Of a stretch of 64,000 bases of DNA, positions 47,909 to 58,221 are shown piece after piece. This stretch comes from Chloroflexota bacterium (GTDB lineage Bacteria > Chloroflexota > Dehalococcoidia > Lucifugimonadales > UBA3495), in contig JAQBVF010000014.1 in NCBI GenBank assembly GCA_027623675.1, forward strand, positions 18,242 through 82,241, in the 5' to 3' direction. The notes beneath the pieces are model-generated. The model was not told where the DNA came from and made no database searches. It saw only the letters and a program-made list of their open reading frames with translations. Position 1 is the stretch's first letter. Each line of letters opens with the position of its first letter. The translations under genes were made by a program, and so were the position numbers.

Positions 47909-48771
47909 GCAAAAAGAATCCTGAATACGATTTCAAATGGTGCCCTGGCTGTGGCGACTTCGGGGTGCGGCGCGCCCTTGAGCTGGCCATGATTGACCGG
48001 TTGGAAGAGACCGGCGACCGCATGGAAAACAACGTGGTCGTGGCCGGTATCGGCTGCTCCGGAAATCTGGTCCACCTGCTTGAGGGGAACCAGCCGTATG
48101 GCATTCACGGGATACATGGCCGCTCGCTTCCCATCGCCATGGGGGTGAAGATGGCCCAGCCCAATCTGAATGTGGTGGTTGTGGCCGGCGACGGCGACTT
48201 CCTCAGCATCGGCGGGGAGCACATCGGCCCCCAAGCGGCCCGTAACCTGAACATCTGCGCCGTGATCATGGACAACGGCGTTTACGGCCTGACCAAGGGG
48301 CAGAGTTCTCCGACCACGCTGCAAGGGAAGATCACCAGCAGTACTCCATTTGGCAAATTGGAGACCAAGACCAACCCCCTGGAGCTGTACCTGACCTTGG
48401 GCGTTAGCTTCATCGCTTCCGGGTTCTCCGGCCAACCCCGGCCCCTCTCCCAGCTGATTCGGCGGGGGATGGAGCACAAGGGATTCTCGATAGTCCACGT
48501 ACAGTCGCCCTGCACCACCTATAACGACACGTTCATGGAACTGAAGGGAGACCTGGCCAACGGGATCCAGCCCACCATCTGGGACATCCCCGAGGACCAC
48601 GACATTTCAGACCGGGAGGCCGCTCACGGGTTGCTGCAACAGCCGGGCGTGCCCATCGGTGTCATCTATCACGACACCGTACGGCCTTCTCTCGACCAAA
48701 ACGTTGTGGGGACCTGGGAAAAAGCCCGGCCCAAGACCGTGGAGCAGCTTATGGGGGCCTTCGAGTTTTAA
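47905..48771 (+). CDS. korB: 2-oxoacid:ferredoxin oxidoreductase beta subunit
   Basis: WCPGCGDF, GIGCSG, IHGR, GDGD TPP motif, YGLTKGQSSPT, SPCTTYN; ATGA overlap with korA. Confidence 0.92.
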   Translation: MSKKNPEYDFKWCPGCGDFGVRRALELAMIDRLEETGDRMENNVVVAGIGCSGNLVHLLEGNQPYGIHGIHGRSLPIAMGVKMAQPNLNVVVVAGDGDFLSIGGEHIGPQAARNLNICAVIMDNGVYGLTKGQSSPTTLQGKITSSTPFGKLETKTNPLELYLTLGVSFIASGFSGQPRPLSQLIRRGMEHKGFSIVHVQSPCTTYNDTFMELKGDLANGIQPTIWDIPEDHDISDREAAHGLLQQPGVPIGVIYHDTVRPSLDQNVVGTWEKARPKTVEQLMGAFEF

Positions 48772-48810
48772 GCCCATCCCCGTCATCGGCCGCCACCCAA
48801 CTGGAAGACG

Positions 48811-48844
48811 CAAAAGCGCCCCGCCGAGTAACGGGGCGTTTTTG
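48811..48844 (+). terminator. Intrinsic terminator after korB
   Basis: AAAAGCGCCCCG-loop-CGGGGCGTTTTT. Confidence 0.8.
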
Positions 48845-49009
48845 CATCCAAACGGTGGGGGTAGTGCATCTAAGTGATTGAGCAGGCAGGAACTGAGGCA
48901 GGACTCAGGCAGAGCACAGGCGGATAACTTGGTGAAGAGGCCAGTTCCGGGGCAGCGGGTGTTGCCCATTGATCAAGCGCCGACTTAGAATGGACCGGGG
49001 GCAACGATT

Positions 49010-49273
49010 GTGTTACGAGCGATAACCAGATTATTCAGACATGGAGAACTTGACTGCGAGGACGTGGCCGCCCTCTCCTCTGATTACATCGACAACGAAT
49101 TGAAACCAGAGAAACGCTCGGCGTTCCAGGCCCACCTGAGCAAGTGTGGGCCCTGCCAGGCATTCGTCGGCACGCTGGCGTCCACCATCAGCGCGCTGGG
49201 ACGTCTGCCGGGAGTCACCGCGCCGGCGGCTCTCAAGCAGTCGCTGATCGACCGGATGCACAAGGAGAATTAA
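49010..49273 (+). CDS. Small zf-HC2 (zinc-binding anti-sigma) domain protein
   Basis: C..V...LSSDYIDNEL....AFQAHLSKCGPC (HxxxCxxC). Confidence 0.82.
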   Translation: MLRAITRLFRHGELDCEDVAALSSDYIDNELKPEKRSAFQAHLSKCGPCQAFVGTLASTISALGRLPGVTAPAALKQSLIDRMHKEN

Positions 49274-49318
49274 CCGGTCCGCCAACCCGAACCAGTCCAT
49301 TATAAAACCAGGCCATCG

Positions 49319-49352
49319 AAAAAGCCCCTGCAATGATTCAGGGGCTTTTTTT
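49319..49352. terminator. Bidirectional intrinsic terminator
   Basis: AAAAAGCCCCTG-loop-CAGGGGCTTTTTT between convergent genes. Confidence 0.85.
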
Positions 49353-49378
49353 ACGAACTCGGTTCCAGAAGTTCTACG

Positions 49379-49864
49379 TCAACCGCTGGCAGATGGCACG
49401 ACTTCTTCAATGTCTTGGTACTTGGAAGGACACTTCACCAGGATGTTGTCGACCTGGAAGACCTGGTCACCGCCGAAACTTCCCTCCAAGATAATCTCGG
49501 AGTAGGGGTTGAAGAACAGGTCAGGCAGGACGCCGGTATAGCTGGCCTGCAGGGTTTCGCCGGTGGGAGTCTCTTCGCTGTCGGTGATCTGGAATCGGGA
49601 ATCGATGGAGTTGTCTTCGCGTCCAAACGTACCCGCAACCAACTTGCCGGAAACTCGCAGCAAGCGCCCGTCCTGGACCTCTGAATTGCTATTGAATTCG
49701 CTTACTGTCAGGAAATAGAGAGCGTTACCAGGGAAGGCCGCGTAGATCATATAGCCTAAGGCCAGGACTATAACGGCACTTAGAACCAGGAATCTGGTCC
49801 GGTTGGAACGTGCCGGGGACTCGTCATCTAGCGGGTCCAGTGGTGACATTGCGCTGTCGTCCAA
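49379..49864 (-). CDS. ccmE: Cytochrome c maturation heme chaperone CcmE (CxxxY variant)
   Basis: N-terminal TM, YFLTVSE, LRVSG, YTGVLPDLF, ILVKCPSKY. Confidence 0.88.
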   Translation of the reverse strand: MDDSAMSPLDPLDDESPARSNRTRFLVLSAVIVLALGYMIYAAFPGNALYFLTVSEFNSNSEVQDGRLLRVSGKLVAGTFGREDNSIDSRFQITDSEETPTGETLQASYTGVLPDLFFNPYSEIILEGSFGGDQVFQVDNILVKCPSKYQDIEEVVPSASG

Positions 49865-50314
49865 GACAGGTCTTCCTTTCCCCCATTTGCGGCTGCAATA
49901 AACTGCGAACCCCGGACGCCGCCTCCGCGATTCAGGCCCATCTTATCACGGGTTTAGGCTCCCTACCAGTGAGAAAAAGACACAATCATCCAGACCTTCC
50001 AACGGGCGGCAGCACGCCCACCGGTAAAGCCGTTGGATCAGGGTTATTCTTGCTATTCAATGTTTCGTTAAGTAAAATCGCGGTACGTTGAATACCTTCC
50101 AAATCCCCCTTGCAGATACCTCCGGTTTCGTCGTGCCCTTGCCAGCGTTCCGCTTAGGTCTCAGCCCAACCGATCTCGCCCGAATGACCGTTGAAACACG
50201 CCAGCCAATGGGCCCGTCCCCCGCTGGATTGAATCCGATCGCCTCATCCGGTCGAATCATATTGCGACGCTGCTTAACGGGCGAGTCATCTCCCGTCAGC
50301 CACGGGGCCGCCCC

Positions 50315-51055
50315 ATGACGACTCTGATCGGAGAAGCCGTGCAGGTCCGCCAGCTTGAGAAAAGTTTCGGTGAATGGCCGGTGCTTTGGGACCTGGACCT
50401 GTCGGTCCCCTGGGGCCAGACGCTGGTGCTTTTCGGCGCCAACGGGGCCGGGAAGACCACCCTTTTGCGCATCCTAGCGACGCACGTACGCCCCGACCAC
50501 GGCTCGGTGGCAGTGGCGGGACATAACCTGCGCGCCCGGCCGGATGCGGTCCGGCGGCGGATCGGGGTCGTGGGCCACCGCAGCCTGCTCTATGACGACC
50601 TGACCTGCCAGGAGAACCTGGTCTACTACAGTCGATTGTTCGGCCTTAAAGACCACAAGCCCAGGGTTGACGAAGTCCTGGAAAAAGTAAAGCTGGGCGA
50701 CCGGGCCGGTCACCTGGTGCGGACCCTGTCCAACGGGATGCAGAAACGGGCCGCCATCGCCAGGGCCATCTTGCACCAGCCGGACGTGTTGCTGATGGAC
50801 GAGCCGGAAACAGGCCTGGACCGTGAGTCGGTGGCCATCCTCGACGAGTTGCTGGCGGAGTGGACCGCCTCCGGCCGTTCGGTGGTTATGACAACCCACG
50901 ACCTAGACCTTGGTCTGTCATGGGGACACCGTGCCGGAGTCTTGCGCGGTGGCAAGGTCCACTTTCCAGGCACGGACAGCCACGGCGGCAAAGACGAAAA
51001 TGGTGACGGCGCCATCCGGCAGGCCGTGACCGCTGCCCTGGAGGCCGGACGGTGA
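50315..51055 (+). CDS. ccmA: Heme export ABC ATPase CcmA
   Basis: GANGAGKTT, VVGHRSLLY, LSNGMQKR, LMDEP; first gene of ccmABCD. Confidence 0.88.
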   Translation: MTTLIGEAVQVRQLEKSFGEWPVLWDLDLSVPWGQTLVLFGANGAGKTTLLRILATHVRPDHGSVAVAGHNLRARPDAVRRRIGVVGHRSLLYDDLTCQENLVYYSRLFGLKDHKPRVDEVLEKVKLGDRAGHLVRTLSNGMQKRAAIARAILHQPDVLLMDEPETGLDRESVAILDELLAEWTASGRSVVMTTHDLDLGLSWGHRAGVLRGGKVHFPGTDSHGGKDENGDGAIRQAVTAALEAGR

Positions 51056-51726
51056 ACGGGTTGCTTAGGCCGGTGCTGGTGATAGTTTGGAAGGACCTGT
51101 TGCTGGAATTACGCTCCAAAGACCTGGTGGTCTCAGTGCTGGTGTTTGGACTGCTGGTGGTATTGGTATTCAACTTTGCCCTGAACAACGCCCCTGGCAG
51201 GTCTGAGGAGCTCGCTCCGGGGATCTTGTGGGCCGCTTTCGCCTTTGCCGCGGTGATGGCCATGAACCGGGCCTTCGTCAGAGACCAGGAGCAAGGAGGA
51301 CTGGAAGGACTGCTCATATCGCCGGTGAGCCGCGACGCCATATTCCTGGGCAAGGCCCTCACCAGCCTGGTCTTCATGCTGCTGGTGGAGGCGGCCCTGC
51401 TGCCGGTTTACGCGGTAATGCTGAATTTCTCTGCATTGTCTTTCAATCTGGTGCTAACAATCTTCCTGGGCACCTTGGGGTTCGCGGTGGTGGGAACTCT
51501 ATTCTCGGCCATGGCGGTGCAGACGCGGTCCAGGGAGCTAATGCTGCCGGTCCTGTTCTTCCCGGTGGTGCTGCCGGTCATCATCGCATCGGTGGAGGCC
51601 AGCACGAGGGCGGTGGGCGGCGAAACGTTCATCGGCCTGGGCCGGTGGCTGCCGTTGATCGGCGTGTTCGACGCGGTGTTTCTGGTAATATGTCCCTGGA
51701 TTTTCGCCTTCGTGGTAGAGGAGTGA
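51052..51726 (+). CDS. ccmB: Heme exporter CcmB
   Basis: WKDLLLELRS, PGILW, F..DQEQGGLEGL, LPVLFFPVVLPVII. Confidence 0.9.
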   Translation: MNGLLRPVLVIVWKDLLLELRSKDLVVSVLVFGLLVVLVFNFALNNAPGRSEELAPGILWAAFAFAAVMAMNRAFVRDQEQGGLEGLLISPVSRDAIFLGKALTSLVFMLLVEAALLPVYAVMLNFSALSFNLVLTIFLGTLGFAVVGTLFSAMAVQTRSRELMLPVLFFPVVLPVIIASVEASTRAVGGETFIGLGRWLPLIGVFDAVFLVICPWIFAFVVEE

Positions 51727-51732
51727 TTTAGC

Positions 51733-52461
51733 TTGGCCAGCTCGCAAAGTTTGACTAGCCCGAGCAGCCGGATGCCCAGCGCCAAAACCGTGATGGCGGC
51801 GATCACCGGCGTGATGATGGTGATCAACCTCTACCTCATATTCATGGTCGCGCCCACGGATTCCGTGCTGGGCCACGTGCAACGCGTCTTCTACTTCCAC
51901 GTGCCCATCGCCATCATGTCCTTCCTGGCGTTCTTCGTGGTTTTCGCCGGCAGCGTGATGTACCTGATCACCCGGTCGCCCAAGTGGGACGCCGTGGCCC
52001 ACGCCGCGGCGGAGGTTGGGGTGGTGTTGGTGACTCTGGCGCTGATCACGGGAATCATCTGGGCCAGGCCGGTCTGGAACACCTGGTGGACCTGGGAGCC
52101 GAGGCTGACCACCACCTTGATCTTGTGGTTGATCTATGTGGCCTATCTGATGGTCCGGTCCTATGCGCCAACGCAGTCCAAAGGCGCCATCTACGCCGCG
52201 GTGATGGGTATCGTGGGGTTCGTCGACGTTCCCATCGTCTATTACTCGGTGGTCTGGTGGCGGTCCATTCACCCGTCGCCGGTGGTGGGGCCCTTCGCCC
52301 AGGCCGACGCGCTGGACGGCACAATGGCGCTGGTACTGCTTTACTCGTTCATCACGTTCGTGTTTTTCTTCGTGTACATGGTAATGGAGCGCATGTCGCT
52401 GCGCTCCATGGAAGAGGCGTTGGGGCGGATCCGGTTCACCCTGCGGCGGAGCGGGCGTTAG
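51733..52461 (+). CDS. ccmC: Heme exporter / cytochrome c assembly protein CcmC
   Basis: RVFYFHVP, WARPVWNTWWTWEPRLT (WWD domain), WWRSIHP. Confidence 0.92.
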   Translation: MASSQSLTSPSSRMPSAKTVMAAITGVMMVINLYLIFMVAPTDSVLGHVQRVFYFHVPIAIMSFLAFFVVFAGSVMYLITRSPKWDAVAHAAAEVGVVLVTLALITGIIWARPVWNTWWTWEPRLTTTLILWLIYVAYLMVRSYAPTQSKGAIYAAVMGIVGFVDVPIVYYSVVWWRSIHPSPVVGPFAQADALDGTMALVLLYSFITFVFFFVYMVMERMSLRSMEEALGRIRFTLRRSGR

Positions 52462-52509
52462 GCGATGTTTTCAGGGGTTAATCTCTCGGCGTAACACCAA
52501 GGAGCTGGC

Positions 52510-52707
52510 TTGCTAGAATCCGTACTGCTGTCCTCACACCTTCCGTCGTCCAATCTGCCCTATCTATTCGCCGCCTTCGCGGTCAGTTGGGTGGTGCTAT
52601 TCGGTTACCTGTTCTACGTGAACCGCCGGCAGCACGAGATGCGGAAGGAGATCGCCCGGCTGGAAACCATGCTGGAGCAGAGCCAGGAACATACTGACGG
52701 TCAATAG
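52510..52707 (+). CDS. ccmD: CcmD-like small membrane protein
   Basis: YLFAAFAVSWVVLFGYLF TM plus a charged coiled tail; AGGAG RBS; follows ccmC. Confidence 0.75.
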   Translation: MLESVLLSSHLPSSNLPYLFAAFAVSWVVLFGYLFYVNRRQHEMRKEIARLETMLEQSQEHTDGQ

Positions 52708-52748
52708 TCGGCAGCATTCAGGTTTCGATTCTCTTTTCGGCTGCCGGG

Positions 52749-54368
52749 TCAACTCTCTGGATGGTGGTCTTTGTAGCGCTCTCGGAGGACCTTTTTGTCG
52801 AATTTGCCCACGCTGGTCTTGGGAATCTCGTCGATGAACACCACATCGTCGGGGAGCCACCACGGCGCGAACCGGTCCCGGATGAAGTCGAGCACGTCGG
52901 CCTTCCCAAGCTTTCCCTGAGAGTCGGCGTTGGGCACCACGCAGGCCAACGGACGCTCCACCCATCTCTCGTGGGGGATGGCGATCACCGCCGCCTCCAG
53001 CACCCCCGGATGAGCGATTATGGCCGTCTCCAGGTCGACCGACGATATCCACTCGCCGCCGCTCTTCACCATGTCTTTGACCCGGTCGCCGATCTGGATG
53101 TAGCCGTCGGCGTTCACCGACGCGATGTCCCCGCTGTGGTACCAGCCGTCGATGAAGGTCTCCGAGCTGCGGGGGTCGTTGTAGTATTCGCTGGCGATCC
53201 ACGGACCTTTGAACAGCAACTCACCCCGCTGCTCTCCGTCCCAGGGCAGGTCGTTGCCCTCGTCGTCAACCAGCCGCATCTCCAAGCCCGGCACCATCAC
53301 ACCCTGGGTGCCGGCCAATCGCATCTTATCGCCCTCGGTCATGTCATCCAAATGGCTATTTAGGCGGTTATACGAGATCACCGGGGTAGCTTCGGTCATC
53401 CCGTAAGCCTGGACCATCTTCACGCCCAGCTTCTCCTTGTAGGCCTGGATGAGGCTGATGGGAACGGCAGAACCGCCGCTGGCGATCTCGCGCAGGCTGG
53501 AGAAATCGTAGGTCTTGCCGGACCGCTCCAGATAATCCAGTAAGCCGACCCAGATGGTCGGCACCCCCAGGCTAAGGGTCACCTTCTCCGACTCGAACAG
53601 CTGGCAGATCACCTCTGGGCCGGGCCTGACGCCGGTGAGCACCAGGTTAGCGCCGACCATGGCCGAGGAGTAGGGAACCCCCCAACAGTTGGCGTGGAAC
53701 ATGGGCACCACGGGCAGCACCACATCCCGTTCCCGGAAGCCGATGGTGTCTGCCTGGGCCTCCATCATCGAGTGCAAGACGATGCCGCGGTGGGAGTAAA
53801 TGACTCCCTTGGGACGGCCGGTGGTTGCTGAGGTGTAGCAGAGTCCGGCGGGAGCGTTCTCGTCCAGATTCACCGGCGAATAGGCATCCGAAGCTGCTGA
53901 GAGCAGGTCCTCGTAGATCAGGGCGTTTGACAAGGTGGTGGTGAAGCCGCGGTCATCGGTCATGATGATGAAATGCTTCACCATCTCCATTTGGGAAGCC
54001 AGGGGCTCCAATAGGGGGACCAGGTCGGGGTCTACCAGGATGACCTTGTCCCCAGCGTGGTTGATTATGTAAACAAGGTCCTCTGTAAACAGCCGGATGT
54101 TGATGGTATGGAGCACCGCCCCCATGGCCGGCGCCGCGAAGTAGACTTCCAGGTGCCGGTAGGTGTTCCAGCCAAAGGTCCCAACCCGGTCTCCCACTCC
54201 CACTCCCAGACCGGCCAGCGCATTAGACAGCCGGGACGAACGGACCATCAGGTCGGCGTAGGTGTAGCGGTGCACGCCGTCGCCTTCACGGGTCACAATC
54301 TCCTTATCAGGCGAGAAAACGCTGGTCCGTTCCAGGAACCGGTGCACCAGCAGTGGGTATTCCATCAT
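52749..54368 (-). CDS. Acyl-CoA ligase (AlkK/DmdB-like medium-chain fatty acid / MMPA CoA ligase family)
   Basis: CYTSATTGRPKG, VPMFHANCWG, AYGMTE, SGD, DRVKDMVKSGGEWISS, KTSVGKFDK. Confidence 0.9.
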   Translation of the reverse strand: MMEYPLLVHRFLERTSVFSPDKEIVTREGDGVHRYTYADLMVRSSRLSNALAGLGVGVGDRVGTFGWNTYRHLEVYFAAPAMGAVLHTINIRLFTEDLVYIINHAGDKVILVDPDLVPLLEPLASQMEMVKHFIIMTDDRGFTTTLSNALIYEDLLSAASDAYSPVNLDENAPAGLCYTSATTGRPKGVIYSHRGIVLHSMMEAQADTIGFRERDVVLPVVPMFHANCWGVPYSSAMVGANLVLTGVRPGPEVICQLFESEKVTLSLGVPTIWVGLLDYLERSGKTYDFSSLREIASGGSAVPISLIQAYKEKLGVKMVQAYGMTEATPVISYNRLNSHLDDMTEGDKMRLAGTQGVMVPGLEMRLVDDEGNDLPWDGEQRGELLFKGPWIASEYYNDPRSSETFIDGWYHSGDIASVNADGYIQIGDRVKDMVKSGGEWISSVDLETAIIAHPGVLEAAVIAIPHERWVERPLACVVPNADSQGKLGKADVLDFIRDRFAPWWLPDDVVFIDEIPKTSVGKFDKKVLRERYKDHHPES

Positions 54369-54416
54369 GGCTGCAAACGCCTCCGATCGAGCATTGCCAG
54401 GGGATCCTAGGGGCGC

Positions 54417-55211
54417 CTATGGGTGCTTAATACTGATTCCGCCGTCCACGGCCCAGGTCTGGCCGGTGATGTAGGATGCCGCGGGAGAGGCCAGAAACAC
54501 GCACAGATAGCCCGGCTCTTTCAGTTTACCGATCCGGCCCAGCGGGACCCTTCCCTTGGCATCGTTCTGGCGCGTCTGATACGCCTCGGCCGACATCTGG
54601 TCGGGGTCGGGGAAGGAGCCTGGCGCAACCGCGTTGACCCTTACTCCGAACGGGGCCCATTCCTGGGCAACGGTCTCGGTGAAGCGCATGACACCGGCCT
54701 TGGCGGCGTCGTAGGCGGAGTAACCGGGCCGTCCCCGGAACGACGCCCACCCGGATATGTTGATGACCGAGCCCTGACCGCGCTCCAACAGGTGGGGGCC
54801 CAAAGCCCGGCACCCCTGAAAGGCCTCCGTCAGGTTGATATTCACCACGTTGTGCCAATCGTCTTCGGTCATACCCTCTTCGGACGACCCGGGCAGTTTA
54901 ACCACCGGCTTGCGGATTGAATCGCCGACGCACGTCACTAGCGTGTCGATGTGACCGAACGCGGCCAGCGTCTGGGCGGCGATCCGTTCCATGTCGGCCG
55001 CTTTGGTGGCATCCCCGGTGACCGGCAGAGCGGTGCGGCCCATGGCCCGTATCTCCTCGGCCACCTTGCCCACGGTTGCTTCGGTCAGGCTGGCGATGGC
55101 CACATCCGCCCCAGCTTCCGCGAAAGCCAGCGCGATGCCCTTTCCGATCCCACGGCCCGCGCCCACGATCAAGACTTTCTGACCGGTGATATCAAATTCT
55201 GCCAGGCTCAT
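54417..55211 (-). CDS. SDR family oxidoreductase
   Basis: GAGRGIG, YDAAK catalytic motif, RVNAVAPG, ITGQTWAVDGG. Confidence 0.9.
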   Translation of the reverse strand: MSLAEFDITGQKVLIVGAGRGIGKGIALAFAEAGADVAIASLTEATVGKVAEEIRAMGRTALPVTGDATKAADMERIAAQTLAAFGHIDTLVTCVGDSIRKPVVKLPGSSEEGMTEDDWHNVVNINLTEAFQGCRALGPHLLERGQGSVINISGWASFRGRPGYSAYDAAKAGVMRFTETVAQEWAPFGVRVNAVAPGSFPDPDQMSAEAYQTRQNDAKGRVPLGRIGKLKEPGYLCVFLASPAASYITGQTWAVDGGISIKHP

Positions 55212-55433
55212 CTGTCACTCCCCAGGCTTAATGTCTAAGATTTGTCTGTGGATAGTAGAGGCACCGGGCCAAGGGGGTCAATAGAAGACAAGTTCCTACC
55301 GCTCAGCTGGGCTCGTCCTAGCTTTGACTGAGGGTAGGGGCCAGAGTATCATTCCAGTGATTCGAGACCATGTTTCGACCCAGTGTTTCGATCCGAGGAA
55401 TCAAGGTCCCTAACCTATCAGGAGACAACCACC

Positions 55434-56465
55434 ATGAAAGCCGTTTACATCACCGAGCACGGCGGCGTCGATAAGTTGATCTACGGCGACCGGCCCGAGC
55501 CAGAGGTGGCCCCAGGCGAGGTCATGCTCCGGGTCCGCGCCAGCGCCCTTAACCACCTGGACCTGAACCTGCGGGACGGAAAGTCCTATAACGGATCCCT
55601 GCCCCGGACATTGGGATGCGACATCGCCGGCGAGATTACCGCCATCAGCCCCACGGCCAACACCTCTCTCAAGATTGGCGACCGGGTGATCCTGAACAAC
55701 CGGATAACCTGTGGAGTCTGCGACAACTGCGTGTTGGGCCTGGACCAGTCATGCTCCAACGGCAAGCGGCTCGGCGTGGACCTGGACGGGGGTCACGCCG
55801 AATACATCGCGGCCCCGGCGGCCAACGCCCATGTGATACCCGACTCCATGGACTTCACGGAGGCAGCCACCCTGCCCATCGCGGCCCACACGGTTTGGCA
55901 CTGCCTGGTCACCCAGGTGGACATCAAGCCCTGGGACACGGTGTTGGTCCAAGCGGCCGGCAGCGGCGTGGGCAGCATGGCCATCCAGATCGCCAAGATG
56001 TTCGGCGCCAGGGTCATCACCACCGCCGGAAGTCAGTGGAAGCTGGATAAGGCCAAGGAATGGGGCGCGGACGAGGTCATCAACTACCGGGACACGCCCA
56101 AGTTCAGTGAGCGGGTCAAGGAATTGACCGGCGGCCAGGGCGTGGACGTGGTCTTCGACTGTGTCGGCGCGGACATTTGGAACGAGAACCTGCTGTCGAT
56201 GGCCCCACGCGGACGTCTGGTGATCACTGGCGTGACCTCCGGCACCCAGGTGGAGATGAACCTGTCGCTGCTGCATGGCCGGCCCCTGCAGCTTATGGGC
56301 AGCGGCGGCCGCAGCAACCGCACCTTCGCCGAATTCATGAAGGTGGTGCACCACGGCTCGCTGCACGGGATCGTCGCCAAGGTGTTCCCGTTGGACGACG
56401 TGGCCGGTGCCCACAAGGCCATGGAGGACCGAGATTTCTACGGGAAATTGGTGATCGAGAGTTAG
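55434..56465 (+). CDS. Zinc-binding medium-chain dehydrogenase / quinone oxidoreductase family
   Basis: MKAV, ALNHLD, CGVCDNC...C structural Zn, AAGSGVG, GKLVI; AGGAG RBS. Confidence 0.9.
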   Translation: MKAVYITEHGGVDKLIYGDRPEPEVAPGEVMLRVRASALNHLDLNLRDGKSYNGSLPRTLGCDIAGEITAISPTANTSLKIGDRVILNNRITCGVCDNCVLGLDQSCSNGKRLGVDLDGGHAEYIAAPAANAHVIPDSMDFTEAATLPIAAHTVWHCLVTQVDIKPWDTVLVQAAGSGVGSMAIQIAKMFGARVITTAGSQWKLDKAKEWGADEVINYRDTPKFSERVKELTGGQGVDVVFDCVGADIWNENLLSMAPRGRLVITGVTSGTQVEMNLSLLHGRPLQLMGSGGRSNRTFAEFMKVVHHGSLHGIVAKVFPLDDVAGAHKAMEDRDFYGKLVIES

Positions 56466-56709
56466 CCTCACCTCCGGACTGCTATCGACGAAAAACCTCT
56501 GGCAACACGGTAAACCTGGGTAATCTTGGGTATGCTTGGCCAAGCTGGCGACCATGAGGTTGCGCCCGAAAACACCGGTCCGCCGATGAAAAGATGCGTG
56601 ATTTACGGTAAGCTGGTTAAGTTGGTTTAGATTGAGCAATAGCCGGTTTTCAGATGCCATCCGGTGTCCCAACAACCGCATCCTCATCCGGACATAAGGA
56701 TCGAATAAG

Positions 56710-57632
56710 ATGTACTCCCGTATTCTGGTTCCCCTGGACGGGTCCAAACTGGCCGAGCAGGTTGTGCCCTACGTGCGCCTGATGGCTGGAGCATTGAAGA
56801 TTCCCATCCGCCTGATCAACGTATTCGACCCGGTGCCGCCCGGATTTGCCGACCCCGGCCATGGCCTGGATTACACGCGAATCTCGTCAGGCTACCGCGA
56901 CCAGGCTTTGGAGATTCTCGACCGTGTGAAGGAAAACCTTAGCGACGCCGGGGTAGCCGTCTCCTGCACCGCCAAAGAAGGCGACCCGGCCGACCAGATC
57001 ATCAGCGAAGCCCAAAGAACGCCCAACACGCTGGTCGCCATGGCCACTCATGGGCGCTCCGGAGTGGGACGCTGGGTGATGGGCAGCGTTACCGATAAAG
57101 TCCTTCAGGGCACCGCCAGTCCGCTCCTGATCATACAAGCCGGAGAAGATGACGATCCACCGGAGGAGGTCAGTCTCAAGAACGTGATCGTCCCCTTGGA
57201 CGGCTCGCCGTTGGCCGAGCAAATCCTGCCCTACATGCGGCCTCTGGCCAAGGCGATGGGGTTGAATGTCTAGTAAGGGTAACCGCCTCGCTGGATGAGT
57301 ATTACCGGCTGATGGACCAGCAGATGATGGCGCCGATCGATACCGATCGATTCGGAGCCTATGCCAAGGAAGCCGACGACGATGCGGCGCAATATCTACA
57401 CGGCGTTAAAGAGAGCCTGGGCCAACAGGGAATCACATCGGTGGACGAACGGGTGATCCACGGGCAGGCCGCCAACGCGGTTCTGGGCCTGGTGGAGGAG
57501 ACCGCCGACTGCCTGGTAACCATGACTTCCCACGGGCGCTCCGGCATCGGCCGCTGGGTCTTGGGCAGCGTTGCCGACCGGCTGGCCCGCCACTCGGGCC
57601 GCCCCGTACTGGTCATCCGGCCCACCGACTGA
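56710..57632 (+). pseudogene. Tandem universal stress protein, frameshifted at about 57270
   Basis: Domain 1 is intact (ILVPLDGS...MATHGRSG...GSV). Domain 2 starts VIVPLDGS, stops at TAG 57273 and continues in the -1 frame (LVRVTASLDEYY...MTSHGRSG...GSV). Confidence 0.75.
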
Positions 57633-57771
57633 GGCGGCGGCCGGCCTCAGCCAGCCGATCCGGAACGCCTGGTTGGGGTTGATTGTCGAGATTCGCCGTC
57701 AACGTGATTCGGGGAGGCTATTCCCTTTCCGTCGGGGTCTGCCCGCTGGCCTTGGAAAGCATGCCCTCGGC

Positions 57772-58221
57772 TTAGCCTTTTATCTCCATGATCATCTCGA
57801 TCTCAATGCAGGCGCCGTTGGGCAGCGAACCCATGCCCACCGCGGACCGGGCGTGCGCCCCGGCGTTGCCATACAGCTCGCTGAGAAGGTCGGTTGCTCC
57901 GTTGGCAACGGAAGGTTGCTGGCCAAAATCGGGGGTGCAGTTGACCATGCACAGCAGTTTGGCCACCTGTTTCACGTTGTCCAAATCGCCGATCACGGCC
58001 TTAACATCGGCCAGACAGGCCAGGGCGGCTTGCTTCGCTCCCTCGTAACCCTGCTCCACGGAGATCTCCGCGCCCAACTTTCCTCGGTGGTCCGGACCGG
58101 GGGTGTGACCGCCGACGAACAGGAGGTTTCCGACTCTAACCGCCCCAGCGCGCCCGGCCGGCGGAGTTCCGGCTGCCGGCAACTCCAGTCCCATGGCTTT
58201 CAGCTTGTTTTCAATCTCCAA
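57772..58221 (-). CDS. RidA/YjgF family protein
   Basis: GNLLFVGGH, GKLGAEISVE, VANGATDL, HARSAVG...LP...IEIE. Confidence 0.9.
   Translation of the reverse strand: MEIENKLKAMGLELPAAGTPPAGRAGAVRVGNLLFVGGHTPGPDHRGKLGAEISVEQGYEGAKQAALACLADVKAVIGDLDNVKQVAKLLCMVNCTPDFGQQPSVANGATDLLSELYGNAGAHARSAVGMGSLPNGACIEIEMIMEIKG

Noticed and set aside
50088..50318. 76-aa ORF overlapping the ccmA start
   Set aside because: TTG start without an RBS, Pro/Ser-rich and motif-free; cannot be supported, though it may be a gene remnant.
57271..57276. Pyrrolysine or stop read-through in the USP gene
   Set aside because: TAG is followed directly by in-frame TAA, and the continuation is in another frame.
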